Assembly: GCA_964648105.1 (NCBI GenBank)
Contig: CAZYMH010000003.1
Span: 22,164-86,163, forward strand
DNA: 64,000 nt
Direction of reading: 5' to 3'
Source of the DNA: an uncultured Candidatus Saccharibacteria bacterium
GTDB lineage: Bacteria > Patescibacteriota > Saccharimonadia > Saccharimonadales > 2-12-FULL-41-12
Below the pieces are notes generated by a model that worked only from the letters and a program-made list of their open reading frames with translations, ran no database searches and was not told the DNA's origin. Positions 20,743 through 30,663 of this stretch are shown here, one piece after another. The position numbers were made by a program, and so were the translations under genes. Every line of letters begins with the position of its first letter. Positions within the stretch are counted from its first letter, which is position 1.

Positions 20743-20830
20743 TGGTACCGTGGGCCGGACTTGAACCGGCACGAGCGTAATGCTCACAAGATTTTGAGTC
20801 TAGCGTGTCTACCAATTCCACCACCACGGC
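20743..20830 (-). tRNA. tRNA-Leu (anticodon CAA)
   Basis: reverse complement reads GCCGTGGTGGTGGAATTGGTAGACACGCTAGACTCAAAATCTTG...GGTTCAAGTCCGGCCCACGGTACCA: class II tRNA with long variable arm, loop CTCAAAA, encoded CCA. Confidence 0.8.
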
Positions 20831-20894
20831 TCATAATTAAGCTTAACAAGGTTAGGCTTTATCTATCTAATTATACTATAATAGCTAAAAGTAT

Positions 20895-22136
20895 ATGAAT
20901 CCAAATGATTTAATTCCACCAGAGCTACTAAAATCTAGCGAAAAAGAGGCTCACGACGAAGCAGTTAATCTTATTCGGCACAAATTAAACGCCATTTATA
21001 GTCACGAACCGAATGCTAAAAAAGAAGCAAGCGAAGTAAGTGAGATGACTGCTCATCATGAAGCACTCTCTAAGCACCAGAGGTATATGAAACAATTGAC
21101 TGATTCGGGTAAAGATATGGCCGATATTCAAACAGCTTGGCATGAATACTACCAAAAATTAAACGATGAAGAAAAAAAGGAAGTCTGGCAAGAGTTTTAT
21201 GCCGAGCAAGCTCATAAAAAGCAACATCATCATTCACAAAAATCACCTGAGCCAACTGAAAATCCTGCAATCGAGAGTTCAAATTCAGTAAAGCCAACCC
21301 ATGGTCAGCCGACAATAACCAATCCTCATCGGCCACACACATCAACACGTCCGAGTAAGAATAATCTAGCCAATATCTCGAGAGTCATCCCTGATAAACA
21401 TCAACAAAAGCTCCATAAAATCAAGCAAAATCACCATGTCAAATCATTAGCCTTTGGCCTAAGTATGGGTTTGGTTGTAGTTTTTGTTTTGTTATTTAGT
21501 TTTTTTAATGAACGATTTATTGTGCCGTTTATTCGACCTAGTGCCACCGTAAGTGCTACGCCGATTATTGTTGACCCTAACTCTAGTGGTCCAGTTGGAG
21601 CGGAACCAAAAATCATTATACCCAAGATTAACCTAGAAGTACCTGTTATTTATGATGTACCGACCATCGAAGAAAAAGATGTTCAAGCAGGACTCGAAAA
21701 GGGCGTTGTTCACTACGTAACTACACCAAACCCCGGCGAAACAGGCAATGTAGTAATCTTCGGCCATTCTAGCGGTAATATCCTCAATAAAGGCAAATAC
21801 AAATTTGCTTTTATCCTTCTCAAAAGTCTCGAGAAAGACGATAACATCATTGTCCAAAAAAATGGTAAACGCTACGTTTACAAAGTCTACGACAAGCACG
21901 TAACCGACCCGACTGATTTTTCTGTCCTCAAGCCAGATGCTCAAAGAAACTCGATTTTGACATTAATTACCTGCGACCCACCTGGTACATCAACTCATCG
22001 GTTAATTGTTAACGCCGAGCAAATCTTCCCAGACCCTAGCACAAACGCCAAAAGCTCATTATCAGAGACTAACTTTGTCAAATCCGATAAACTACCCAGC
22101 AACTCTCCGTCGTTATGGCAACGTTTATTCAATTAA
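20895..22136 (+). CDS. sortase family transpeptidase with long His/Gln-rich N-terminal extension
   Basis: C-terminal catalytic domain with VVIFGHSSGN (His), TLITCDPPG (Cys), R in HRLIV; TM at ~aa 185; first ~180 aa are low complexity. Confidence 0.7.
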   Translation: MNPNDLIPPELLKSSEKEAHDEAVNLIRHKLNAIYSHEPNAKKEASEVSEMTAHHEALSKHQRYMKQLTDSGKDMADIQTAWHEYYQKLNDEEKKEVWQEFYAEQAHKKQHHHSQKSPEPTENPAIESSNSVKPTHGQPTITNPHRPHTSTRPSKNNLANISRVIPDKHQQKLHKIKQNHHVKSLAFGLSMGLVVVFVLLFSFFNERFIVPFIRPSATVSATPIIVDPNSSGPVGAEPKIIIPKINLEVPVIYDVPTIEEKDVQAGLEKGVVHYVTTPNPGETGNVVIFGHSSGNILNKGKYKFAFILLKSLEKDDNIIVQKNGKRYVYKVYDKHVTDPTDFSVLKPDAQRNSILTLITCDPPGTSTHRLIVNAEQIFPDPSTNAKSSLSETNFVKSDKLPSNSPSLWQRLFN

Positions 22137-23654
22137 TTATTTGTCACTATCAAGTCTAAGATCAGTGTAATTTAAGCTATAGCTACTCGGTGTTGTAGGC
22201 GTAGCTGGATTATTCGAAACCGTGTACATAACAGTATAATCTCGATCGAAATAAACGTGATCGGTGCTATCAGCACCTACCAGTGGTTGCTTATTATTGT
22301 TATCGAAATCAACAATTTTTAGCGTCCCATCTATAGTCGAATAAATAATTCTATGGCCATCCATCCATTTTGGCTTAAAGTTAGTTGGGTTAATCGAATC
22401 GCCAATATCAAATGCAAATGTTTCGATTTTTTCGGCATCAAAAACACCCAACTTTTGAGCATTACTAATCAAAATAAATCGACTGTTAGCCGAAAAATTA
22501 GGATTTGCTGAACTGTCAGCAAAACCAAGCGAGATGATTGGTTTAAGGCTGGCTAGGTCTGTTAAACTGGGTTGAGATTTTTGTGGATTTTCATATATAA
22601 AAGTTTTATCATCGCCACTACTCGATACTGCCAAATACCAATTATTATCAAACTCTGTAATTTTCAGGCCAATCACACCTGATTTAAACTTTCCGACTAA
22701 TTTTTCTTCGTTATTTTTGCGAATAAATACTTTTTGTTCGGTGTCTGAACTTTTTTGGGCATAGACTAATGTGTCGTCACCGTGGGAAGTATAACTAGTA
22801 ATTTGATTCTTGATTACCACAGTTTCTTTTTTGCGATTGGTTTGGGTCAAATTTAAGTCTTTATCAGAGTAAAAATACCATTTTGCTGGGTCTTTATCTT
22901 TTAAGTTAACTTTGGATGGACTAAGACCAGAGAGGTCATTTAAATTTATAGATTCTGTCGGCTGTTCGCGGTTGATAATAATAAATTCATGACCACTACC
23001 ATAAACATGTTTGACTAAGAAATTTTTGTTATCTGTCGACCATTCGACTACCTCAAAGCTTTCAGCTCCATCGGCAGGTTTAAGAATATTTGGCAAAGTC
23101 AACTTAGTGTTTTTTGGTATTTTTTGATTTTTATCGATTGATTTTAAATCGAAAACATTAACTACAAATGGTGTAACTGTTTCGGCTTTGACAATCCATC
23201 GCCGATCAGGGCTTGAGGTTACAAACACTGGTGAAGTAGGACCAAAATCAGCAATCTTTGTTTGCTTTAAGTCTTTCATAATAAGTAAAGGGTAAGTAAG
23301 TCGGTAAACTGTTCCGCCAAGAATATTCATCTTACGATTCCAATCTCGATAGCCATTTTTAGAGATTTTTACATTATATTCGCCATCTGGCACTGTTAAT
23401 TTAGTGTTGGTTTGATCGGATAAATTAAAATTAGAATTGACATTTTTCAGCTCAACCTTCGCCTTATCTGGGGCGCTATCGACATATAACAAACCATTAT
23501 GAACAACTTCTCCAGTTTTGCGGTCAAGGTTAAAACCATAGGCGGCATAGACTAAAATACTCGCGATCATAAAAATCATTGTTGCTACCAATCCGTAACC
23601 GAGTAATAACCTTCTGGTGCGACGTTTTTTATATTCTGGGTCTAAAAAATCCAT
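22137..23654 (-). CDS. PEGA-domain / beta-propeller-like membrane-anchored protein
   Basis: N-terminal signal-anchor, PEGA-like segment DGEYNVKISKNGYRDWNRKMNI, long beta-rich C-terminal region. Confidence 0.45.
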   Translation of the reverse strand: MDFLDPEYKKRRTRRLLLGYGLVATMIFMIASILVYAAYGFNLDRKTGEVVHNGLLYVDSAPDKAKVELKNVNSNFNLSDQTNTKLTVPDGEYNVKISKNGYRDWNRKMNILGGTVYRLTYPLLIMKDLKQTKIADFGPTSPVFVTSSPDRRWIVKAETVTPFVVNVFDLKSIDKNQKIPKNTKLTLPNILKPADGAESFEVVEWSTDNKNFLVKHVYGSGHEFIIINREQPTESINLNDLSGLSPSKVNLKDKDPAKWYFYSDKDLNLTQTNRKKETVVIKNQITSYTSHGDDTLVYAQKSSDTEQKVFIRKNNEEKLVGKFKSGVIGLKITEFDNNWYLAVSSSGDDKTFIYENPQKSQPSLTDLASLKPIISLGFADSSANPNFSANSRFILISNAQKLGVFDAEKIETFAFDIGDSINPTNFKPKWMDGHRIIYSTIDGTLKIVDFDNNNKQPLVGADSTDHVYFDRDYTVMYTVSNNPATPTTPSSYSLNYTDLRLDSDK

Positions 23655-23809
23655 ATTTACATATTACTATTTTTTTTGATTATGTGACAAAAGATACTAT
23701 CTCAGTATAAAATCTATTTAATAGCTAGTTAAAAAATTTTGAATTTTTTTATAGTAAGAGTTAATATATAAGCATTAGTATTAAAACCGAAAAATAAAAG
23801 GAATAACCC

Positions 23810-24898
23810 TTGGCAAATTCACCTACTACAATTGAACTTAACGGCGTCAAATATGATGTTAGAACAGGACAGATTATAACAGGCAATACTTCTTTAGAAC
23901 CTGAACAAGTTAAGGCAAGGCCAGCTTTAAAGACTTCGAACGCTCAAGTGTTAGACGGCTTTGTGCGGCAGCCTCAATCTCACTCAAGCAAAGTCGCCAC
24001 CCACCACAAAGCCAAATCTGAGCGAAAAACCAATCTTAATCATGCTCAACGTAAATTGGCCAAGTCGACTACATTAATGCGTCCAGCCCTAAAAAAACCA
24101 ACTCTCAAAAACGATATTGAAGTATCCAAAAAATCAGCTCATATTATTGGCTTGGGTAACTCGTTAAGCCGTCAAAAACGAGCTTTTGAAGCTCATAAAA
24201 GCCCAAATATTAGTAAGTTTGGAGGAGTGAGTGCTTCATTGAATATCGTCAAAAAACAACAACATGTCGAGGTTATTAAGCCTACACACTCCAGTCAAAA
24301 CATTGTCAAGCAGACTAGCGGTTTTGTAAATAATGAGCTTCAACAGATCGAGAACGCACTCTTGAATGCTAATTCACACCTACAGCAGCTTGAGAATTCA
24401 GCAATCAAGAAAGTCCCTTTGCTCAACCGAATTGGACTCAAAAACAGGTTCGCTAATGTCTCGGCTATGAGTTTAGCATTAGTATTATTAATTGGTTTTT
24501 TTGCTTACCAAAATACAGCAATTATTTCGATGAAATTAGCATCTTCCAAATCAGGTATTTCGGCCAATCTACCTACCTATAAACCAGCAGGTTACTCTGT
24601 AAAAAATATTCAGTCTAGCCCTGGGAGCGTTAATGTTGCTTTCAAATCTAATAGCAATGGCAATGAGTTTCAGTTAACTCAAACGGCTAGCAACTGGAAT
24701 AGTTCAACACTTCTATCAGACCAAGTCTTGAAAGAGCAATGTGCTAGTTGTTACCAGACTTATCAATCTGATGGCAAGACAATCTATATCTACGACAATG
24801 CCAACGCCACATGGGTCAACGGTGGAATAATCTACAAAATCGGTGGTAACAGCCAATTATCGAGCGACCAGATTATCAAACTTGCTAACAGCTTATAA
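23810..24898 (+). CDS. hypothetical single-pass membrane protein
   Basis: basic cytoplasmic N-half, TM MSLALVLLIGFFAY, extracytoplasmic C-domain; divergent from the PEGA gene. Confidence 0.4.
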   Translation: MANSPTTIELNGVKYDVRTGQIITGNTSLEPEQVKARPALKTSNAQVLDGFVRQPQSHSSKVATHHKAKSERKTNLNHAQRKLAKSTTLMRPALKKPTLKNDIEVSKKSAHIIGLGNSLSRQKRAFEAHKSPNISKFGGVSASLNIVKKQQHVEVIKPTHSSQNIVKQTSGFVNNELQQIENALLNANSHLQQLENSAIKKVPLLNRIGLKNRFANVSAMSLALVLLIGFFAYQNTAIISMKLASSKSGISANLPTYKPAGYSVKNIQSSPGSVNVAFKSNSNGNEFQLTQTASNWNSSTLLSDQVLKEQCASCYQTYQSDGKTIYIYDNANATWVNGGIIYKIGGNSQLSSDQIIKLANSL

Positions 24899-24940
24899 AT
24901 ATTAATTAGTTTTTAGTGACGATTTGTTATTATAAGATGA

Positions 24941-26413
24941 ATGACTGATCAAAATATTCGTACACGTTTCGCACCTAGCCCGACAGGTTATATGCATGTT
25001 GGCGGCGTAAGAACAGCTCTTTTTGCTTGGCTATTAGCTCGCCAAAATGGTGGAAAATTTATTCTGAGGATCGAAGATACAGATCAGAATCGAGAAGTCG
25101 AGGGTAGTGTTGCTCATATTATTGAAAGTTTAGGTTGGCTAGGGCTTGACTACGATGAGGGTCCAGATATAAGCGGCCAAAAAAATCAATATTTTCAGTC
25201 TGAGCGTCTGAAAATTTATCATGATTTTGCCAAACAACTATTAAATAGTGGCAGAGCTTATATTGACCCTTATTCTTCAGAGGAGATTCAAATTTTTCGT
25301 GAGCAAGCCCAAAAAAGCAAAAAGCCATTTCTTTTTCGTAATCATCGGCCAGAAGTACTGGAAACAACTTTTACACCAGGTAAATCGATTAGATTTTTGT
25401 CTCAACCCAAAGGCTATCAGTGGCATGACGAGGTAATGGGCGACATGATAGCAGGTGAAGAGGTAGTTGATGATTTTGTTCTTCTGAAATCTGATGGCTT
25501 TCCAACTTATAATTTTGCTCATATTATTGACGATTTGGACATGAAAATAAGTCATATTATCAGAGGTCAAGAGTTTTTGGCTAGCACTCCTAATTATCTG
25601 AATTTATATGAAGCCTTAAATATCACACCACCAATTATTGCTTCAGTACCACCAATTATGAACGAAAATGGTAACAAAAAATTATCGAAACGCGATGGAG
25701 CAAAAGATATACTGCAATATCGGGAGGAAGGCTATTTACCAGAAGCTTTTATCAATTTTTTGGCTAGTTTGGGTTGGAACGATGGTAGCCAGCAAGAAAT
25801 TTTTACGCTTACCGAACTAATCGAAAAATTTAGTTTAAATCGGATTCAAAAATCTGGTGCTAAATTCGATGAAAAACGTTTAATTTGGCTGCAAGGCATG
25901 CACATAAGACAGATGGAGTTAGAGAAGTTATACCAACTGGTTTCGCCGTTTGATGATAATCCTAATAATCCTCATTTTTGGCCTAAATCAGCTTATAACG
26001 ACAACTTCGATAAAGATTATCGCATGAATGTACTTAGATTAATTCAAGAGCGGCTAAAAACTTTTGATGAACTAGCTGATTTAAGTCAGTTTTTCTTCGA
26101 GGATTTAGAGATTAATCCTGAATTAACAGAGTCGCACAAGCAACTTAAAAAACTCGATAATCAGGAGTTAAAACAACTTTTGCAAACTTCACACGATCAA
26201 CTCAAGCAAATCTCGGTTTGGTCAACCGAAAATATCCAAGACAATTTGAACCAACTGATACAATTAACAGGTAAAAAGCCTGTTGAATTATTTAGCCTAA
26301 TTCGGATTGCCACCACCGAAAGTCCTGCAAGTCCTGGATTAGCCGACACATTACAACTGTTAGGCCAAGATTTAACCTGTTCGCGTATCCAAAAACATAT
26401 CGACAGTTTGTAG
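24941..26413 (+). CDS. gltX: glutamate--tRNA ligase
   Basis: class I HIGH-type start (PSPTGYMHVGG) and KLSKR motif. Confidence 0.9.
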   Translation: MTDQNIRTRFAPSPTGYMHVGGVRTALFAWLLARQNGGKFILRIEDTDQNREVEGSVAHIIESLGWLGLDYDEGPDISGQKNQYFQSERLKIYHDFAKQLLNSGRAYIDPYSSEEIQIFREQAQKSKKPFLFRNHRPEVLETTFTPGKSIRFLSQPKGYQWHDEVMGDMIAGEEVVDDFVLLKSDGFPTYNFAHIIDDLDMKISHIIRGQEFLASTPNYLNLYEALNITPPIIASVPPIMNENGNKKLSKRDGAKDILQYREEGYLPEAFINFLASLGWNDGSQQEIFTLTELIEKFSLNRIQKSGAKFDEKRLIWLQGMHIRQMELEKLYQLVSPFDDNPNNPHFWPKSAYNDNFDKDYRMNVLRLIQERLKTFDELADLSQFFFEDLEINPELTESHKQLKKLDNQELKQLLQTSHDQLKQISVWSTENIQDNLNQLIQLTGKKPVELFSLIRIATTESPASPGLADTLQLLGQDLTCSRIQKHIDSL

Positions 26414-26460
26414 ACTTTTGTTGATAAGTAGTCCAAAAATTTGTTAAACTAAGCATAACC

Positions 26461-27780
26461 ATGAATGACATAAAACCTAATACTCCTGATAAGAGTGTAA
26501 AAAAATTTAGCGACATCAGTAATGAGCCTGGGGTTTTTGACCCTAATAAATCATTCGACGAACAAGCCTCACCCGTTGCAAATGAACCCGAAACAAATGA
26601 TACGCCAATCGTAATCGATAATAATCAAAATTTTGCAAAATCACCAAGCGAGGAGCCCAAAAAAATGGATTTTACGCCACCCCAAAACCAAAAACAATCA
26701 AGAAATCCGTTCAAACCATTATTTGCTAAGTTTGAGGCTTTGAGCAAAAAACAAAAAATTATTGTTTTGATAGTAGCTTTATTAATTTTAGCAGCGATTT
26801 TGTACGGCGTTTATGCTGTTTTCCTCAAAAAAGACAAACCTGCCCCTGTTAGTCAGCAACCAGTCGCCGAAAAGAAAGTCGAAGCTCCCAAACCGACTAC
26901 CGAAGCATCGACCTTGACAGGCATTCAGGTGCCAATTGGCTCCAATAAGCGGCCAATAACTTCGATTCAAATCGAAAATAGCCCAGATGCTCGACCCCAG
27001 TCAGGACTTTTGCAAGCTGGTGTGGTATTTGAGGCCATCGCCGAAGGTGGAATTACCAGATTCAATGCTTCATTCCAAGAAGCTCAGCCAGATTACATTG
27101 GTCCGATTAGATCCGTTAGACCATATTACGCACAATTAGTAGCCCCATTTGACCCGATTTTTGTCCATGCAGGTGGTAGCGGCGACGGACTTGCCAAATT
27201 GGCGGAATTAGGCTTGAAAGACCTCGATCATGGAGCTAACGGTGCCGCTTTCAAGCGAGTGTCTGATCGCTACGCCCCACACAATTTGTACAGTAGTATG
27301 GCCGACTTAGATAAAGCTGCTCAAGGCAGGGGATATACATCGTCAAATGCCAAAGGCTTCCTACGAAAAGACGAAGTAAAAAACCAGCCACCAACCATCA
27401 CCAGTATCGCTATGAACATCTCAGGACCGCTATACAACACGAGTTACACTTATGATGCGGCAACAAACACCTACAAACGTACTTTGGCTGATCGACCACA
27501 CACCGATTATCGCTCTGGCGAACAAATTTCGCCTAAAGTAGTGGTGGCGATGGTCGCTCCTTGGTCACAAAATGGGATTTACTCAGTTTATGGAATAATT
27601 GGCAGTGGAGAAGTAACTATCTTTCAAGATGGCCAAATGACTAAAGGCACGTGGAATAAACCAAGCGAAAAAGAGCAAATTAGCTTCAAAGACGCAACTG
27701 GCAAGCCAATTGCTCTTGATGCAGGTCAAACCTGGATTACTTTACTCCGTTCACCTGGTGAATTAACAGCTAATCCTTAA
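26461..27780 (+). CDS. DUF3048-domain protein
   Basis: RPITSIQIENSPDARPQSGLLQAGVVFEAIAEGGITRF matches the DUF3048 N-domain signature; N-terminal disordered region plus TM. Confidence 0.65.
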   Translation: MNDIKPNTPDKSVKKFSDISNEPGVFDPNKSFDEQASPVANEPETNDTPIVIDNNQNFAKSPSEEPKKMDFTPPQNQKQSRNPFKPLFAKFEALSKKQKIIVLIVALLILAAILYGVYAVFLKKDKPAPVSQQPVAEKKVEAPKPTTEASTLTGIQVPIGSNKRPITSIQIENSPDARPQSGLLQAGVVFEAIAEGGITRFNASFQEAQPDYIGPIRSVRPYYAQLVAPFDPIFVHAGGSGDGLAKLAELGLKDLDHGANGAAFKRVSDRYAPHNLYSSMADLDKAAQGRGYTSSNAKGFLRKDEVKNQPPTITSIAMNISGPLYNTSYTYDAATNTYKRTLADRPHTDYRSGEQISPKVVVAMVAPWSQNGIYSVYGIIGSGEVTIFQDGQMTKGTWNKPSEKEQISFKDATGKPIALDAGQTWITLLRSPGELTANP

Positions 27781-27790
27781 AAATCAAAAA

Positions 27791-29320
27791 ATGAGCGGTG
27801 GATACCTAGAAAAATTCAAAAAAAATTTCGGTGTTATATTATTTTTTGGTATTTTTCTATCAAGTCTGGTCATAGCATTTGCTGCTTACAGCTTATTTTT
27901 CTATACAAAATTAGGCTCAAATTTAATCTTAATATCGCTTGTTGCAGTTGCAATTTTAGTAAGTCTTGTGTCGAGTTTACTGCTCAAGGGTATTTTAGCT
28001 AAACCATTAGAGTACCTTGCTCAAACAATTTTTCACATTTCGCCTAACGAGCATTTTGTGGCTGCTCCAGATGCCAATAAACTAAGCCTAGGCAAAGAAT
28101 TGGCAATCAGTTTAACTCGTCAAATTTACGATTTAACTACCAACGGAAATTCAATAGTCCAATCTAACATAAATCAAAATGTCTCATTACAATCAGTTTT
28201 AGATAACTTAACCACTCCTATTTTAGGTCTCGATAAATCAAAAAATTTGGTTTATGCCAATAAAAATGCAATTGATAAGTTTAATTTATTGAACTGGCAA
28301 AATACACCTGTAATGGCTCATCTCAATATGAAATTCGATAAAAAAGACCTAGATGATTGGCTAAATGAATCTTCTGGCCAGAGTATTAACTCTTCTTATT
28401 CGTTCAAAAAGGTTAGTTTAGGTGGAATTAATAGTGAGTCTAAAAGTTACTTTGATATTATTGCTTCTCACAACCAATCAAGTGCCAGTGGCATAGAAAC
28501 ACTACTGACATTATTCGAACATTCCGAGATATACGAAGCCGAAGAAAATACCCTGAACTTTATTGCCATGACGGTCCACGAGATTCGGACACCGCTAACA
28601 ATTATGAGAGGTTACGTAGAGGTTATTAAGCAAGAACTCGATGGTAAAGTCGATGATAAAACCCAAGTTTATATCGATCGGCTAAAAGCTTCTAGCGAAG
28701 GTTTGTCGACGTTTATGGCCAATATTCTTAGTGTTGCCAAAGCTGATCAAAACCAGTTAAATCTTAATCTCACCGAAGGGAATTGGGAAACATCATTAAC
28801 CTCAATTGTAAAAAATTTGCAAAATCGAGCGACTGTTCGCGGCAAAATTATTCATCTTAATATTGCTCCTAATTTACCAACTGTGGCCAGTGATATGGTC
28901 AGCTTAAACGAAGTGGTGGCTAACTTAGTCGATAACGCTATCAAGTATTCGCCGCCTGATAAAACCAACATTTGGATTGAGTCCAGTGTAGATACGGATG
29001 ACTCAGTTCTGACAACTGTTCGCGACGAGGGAATTGGTATTGCCCAAACCGTTATACCGAATTTATTTAGTCGATTTTATCGCAATCATCGTAGTCGTAA
29101 CCAAGTTTCTGGTACAGGCCTAGGTTTGTATATATCTAAAGAGATTGTCTCGGCTCATCATGGTAATATTTGGGTAAAATCAATCGAAAATCAAGGTACG
29201 ACAATTGGCTTTACATTAGTTCCATATGCCAAACTTGCCGATAGTCTGCAAACAAGCGATAATGGATTTGTGCCTGTCGCTCATGGCTGGATTAAAAATC
29301 ATAATATGCAGAGAAGATAA
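27791..29320 (+). CDS. membrane sensor histidine kinase
   Basis: two TM helices, H-box MTVHEIRTPLT, N/G-boxes (LVDNAIKYS, GTGLGLYISKEIV). Confidence 0.8.
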   Translation: MSGGYLEKFKKNFGVILFFGIFLSSLVIAFAAYSLFFYTKLGSNLILISLVAVAILVSLVSSLLLKGILAKPLEYLAQTIFHISPNEHFVAAPDANKLSLGKELAISLTRQIYDLTTNGNSIVQSNINQNVSLQSVLDNLTTPILGLDKSKNLVYANKNAIDKFNLLNWQNTPVMAHLNMKFDKKDLDDWLNESSGQSINSSYSFKKVSLGGINSESKSYFDIIASHNQSSASGIETLLTLFEHSEIYEAEENTLNFIAMTVHEIRTPLTIMRGYVEVIKQELDGKVDDKTQVYIDRLKASSEGLSTFMANILSVAKADQNQLNLNLTEGNWETSLTSIVKNLQNRATVRGKIIHLNIAPNLPTVASDMVSLNEVVANLVDNAIKYSPPDKTNIWIESSVDTDDSVLTTVRDEGIGIAQTVIPNLFSRFYRNHRSRNQVSGTGLGLYISKEIVSAHHGNIWVKSIENQGTTIGFTLVPYAKLADSLQTSDNGFVPVAHGWIKNHNMQRR

Positions 29321-29321
29321 A

Positions 29322-29732
29322 ATGGAAGAAAACGTATCTAATCAATCACACAAAAGTAATCTAGGTCCAAATCAAAAAAGTATTTTGTGTATTGAAGATG
29401 AGTTATTTATCGGCGATTTATATCGGCATGCTTTCGAGAAAGCTGGCTATAAGTTTGATCTAGTTGTTAGCGGCGATAATGGCCTCGACATGGCCAAGCA
29501 AAATAACTACGATTTTATCTTGTTAGATATTGTTATACCTGGCATGTTGGGGGTAGAAATCCTGCATGAACTTCGTAAATTGCCAGATCTTAGTAGCAAA
29601 GTTATTATCACTACTAATCTAGAACAAGACCAAGAAACTCGCAGTATGGTCGAAAAAGAAGCCGATGCTTACCTTATCAAAGCCGAAATTACACCTAATC
29701 AGCTCGTAGAATTTATTGATAATTTCAATTAA
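29322..29732 (+). CDS. single-domain response regulator (receiver only)
   Basis: start moved to ATG 29322 (MEENVSN), which avoids overlapping the kinase gene; ILCIEDE ... ILLDIVIPGMLG ... receiver signature; no output domain. Confidence 0.7.
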   Translation: MEENVSNQSHKSNLGPNQKSILCIEDELFIGDLYRHAFEKAGYKFDLVVSGDNGLDMAKQNNYDFILLDIVIPGMLGVEILHELRKLPDLSSKVIITTNLEQDQETRSMVEKEADAYLIKAEITPNQLVEFIDNFN

Positions 29733-30082
29733 TTTTTGTCTAAATAGTGGATTAGTTGGCCAACTGTCGAGACACCTTCGTGATCAAAGAAATTCTGAAT
29801 ATGAGACGTGTCGCTTAACTCTGCTTTGGCTTCCTCGACGCTATAATCACTTCTTAGTGCCATAAAAATTCTTAGTGAGGCATAACTGGCAGTTGGACTA
29901 GGTTTTTCACCGTTAGTACTCAATGCATCAGATATACTTAAGCCCAAATTTAAGTGATTTACGCTTGATCCAGTCCGTTCAGTATAGCCAGCTGGATCTT
30001 GAACAAAATTACCATATCGGACATGTTTTTCACGACCATCAGAATATCTAATATAGACATTTAATTTTTCTCTCGAACTCAT
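29729..30082 (-). CDS. hypothetical protein
   Basis: 117-aa ORF, no motif recognised. Confidence 0.3.
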   Translation of the reverse strand: MSSREKLNVYIRYSDGREKHVRYGNFVQDPAGYTERTGSSVNHLNLGLSISDALSTNGEKPSPTASYASLRIFMALRSDYSVEEAKAELSDTSHIQNFFDHEGVSTVGQLIHYLDKN

Positions 30083-30318
30083 CGAACAAATATTATAGAA
30101 GAACTCCTGTCAAATAGCAAGTAAATTGTACGACAAAATTCGCTCCCGCTGGGATTCATGGTTTCGTCGAGGGAATCGACTCACGTTTCACGCGAGCCCG
30201 TCGCCACATCTTTGCAAAACCAGTTTGCAAGAGTGTACTCCCTTGCGAACTGCCACTGGCAGTTCTCACCCGATAGCAAGCCTTGCAATCGGTGTTCGAT
30301 TCAGTAAAATAAACCAAG

Positions 30319-30346
30319 AAAAGAGTCCCAAAAATGGGACTCTTTT
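30319..30346 (-). terminator. intrinsic terminator downstream of tRNA-Glu
   Basis: 11-bp stem AAAAGAGTCCC/GGGACTCTTTT with 6-nt loop, followed on the minus strand by a U-rich tract. Confidence 0.5.
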
Positions 30347-30348
30347 CT

Positions 30349-30423
30349 TGGTGATCTCACGGGGAATCGAACCCCGATTGCAAGGATGAGAACCTTGTGT
30401 CCTAACCGTTAGACGATGAGACC
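30349..30423 (-). tRNA. tRNA-Glu (anticodon CTC)
   Basis: reverse complement reads GGTCTCATCGTCTAACGGTTAGGACACAAGGTTCTCATCCTTGCAATCGGGGTTCGATTCCCCGTGAGATCACCA; anticodon loop TTCTCAT; encoded CCA. Confidence 0.85.
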
Positions 30424-30663
30424 ATTGAATTATGATTATACAAATTATAACACCTAATTAACAGATACAAAAGTTGCTCCGAATAGACAAGATTGGCATT
30501 TAGCTTAAACATACATATTTTGGTATAATAAACATAAGATTAATTTAAATGTGGGCATGAAAAAAACAACCGTAAAAAATACTAAATGTACAAAAAAATA
30601 TTGTGAAACCAAAAATCTCATCTTATCTGATAAGTTTGTAAGCAACTTTAGGGGTATCTACTA

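Noticed and set aside
29226-29321. Upstream start for the receiver gene at 29226
   Set aside because: It would overlap the kinase gene by about 95 bp; ATG 29322 directly follows the kinase stop and gives a normal receiver N-terminus.
30140-30320. Possible tmRNA (ssrA): GGGATTCATGGTTTCGTCGAGGG resembles the tmRNA 5' GAUUCUGGAUUCGACGGG motif
   Set aside because: It has no GGGG acceptor start, no 3' T-arm/ACCA and no plausible tag reading frame; the resemblance is short and probably coincidental.
30255-30320. Second functional tRNA on the + strand opposite tRNA-Glu
   Set aside because: The T-stem and acceptor cannot be paired and there is a 12-nt insertion relative to tRNA-Glu; it is treated as a degenerate fragment.
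30126-30389. Six-frame ORF (87 aa) across the tRNA-Glu region
   Set aside because: It overlaps the tRNA gene and its terminator in GC-rich structured DNA, with no RBS; it is spurious.
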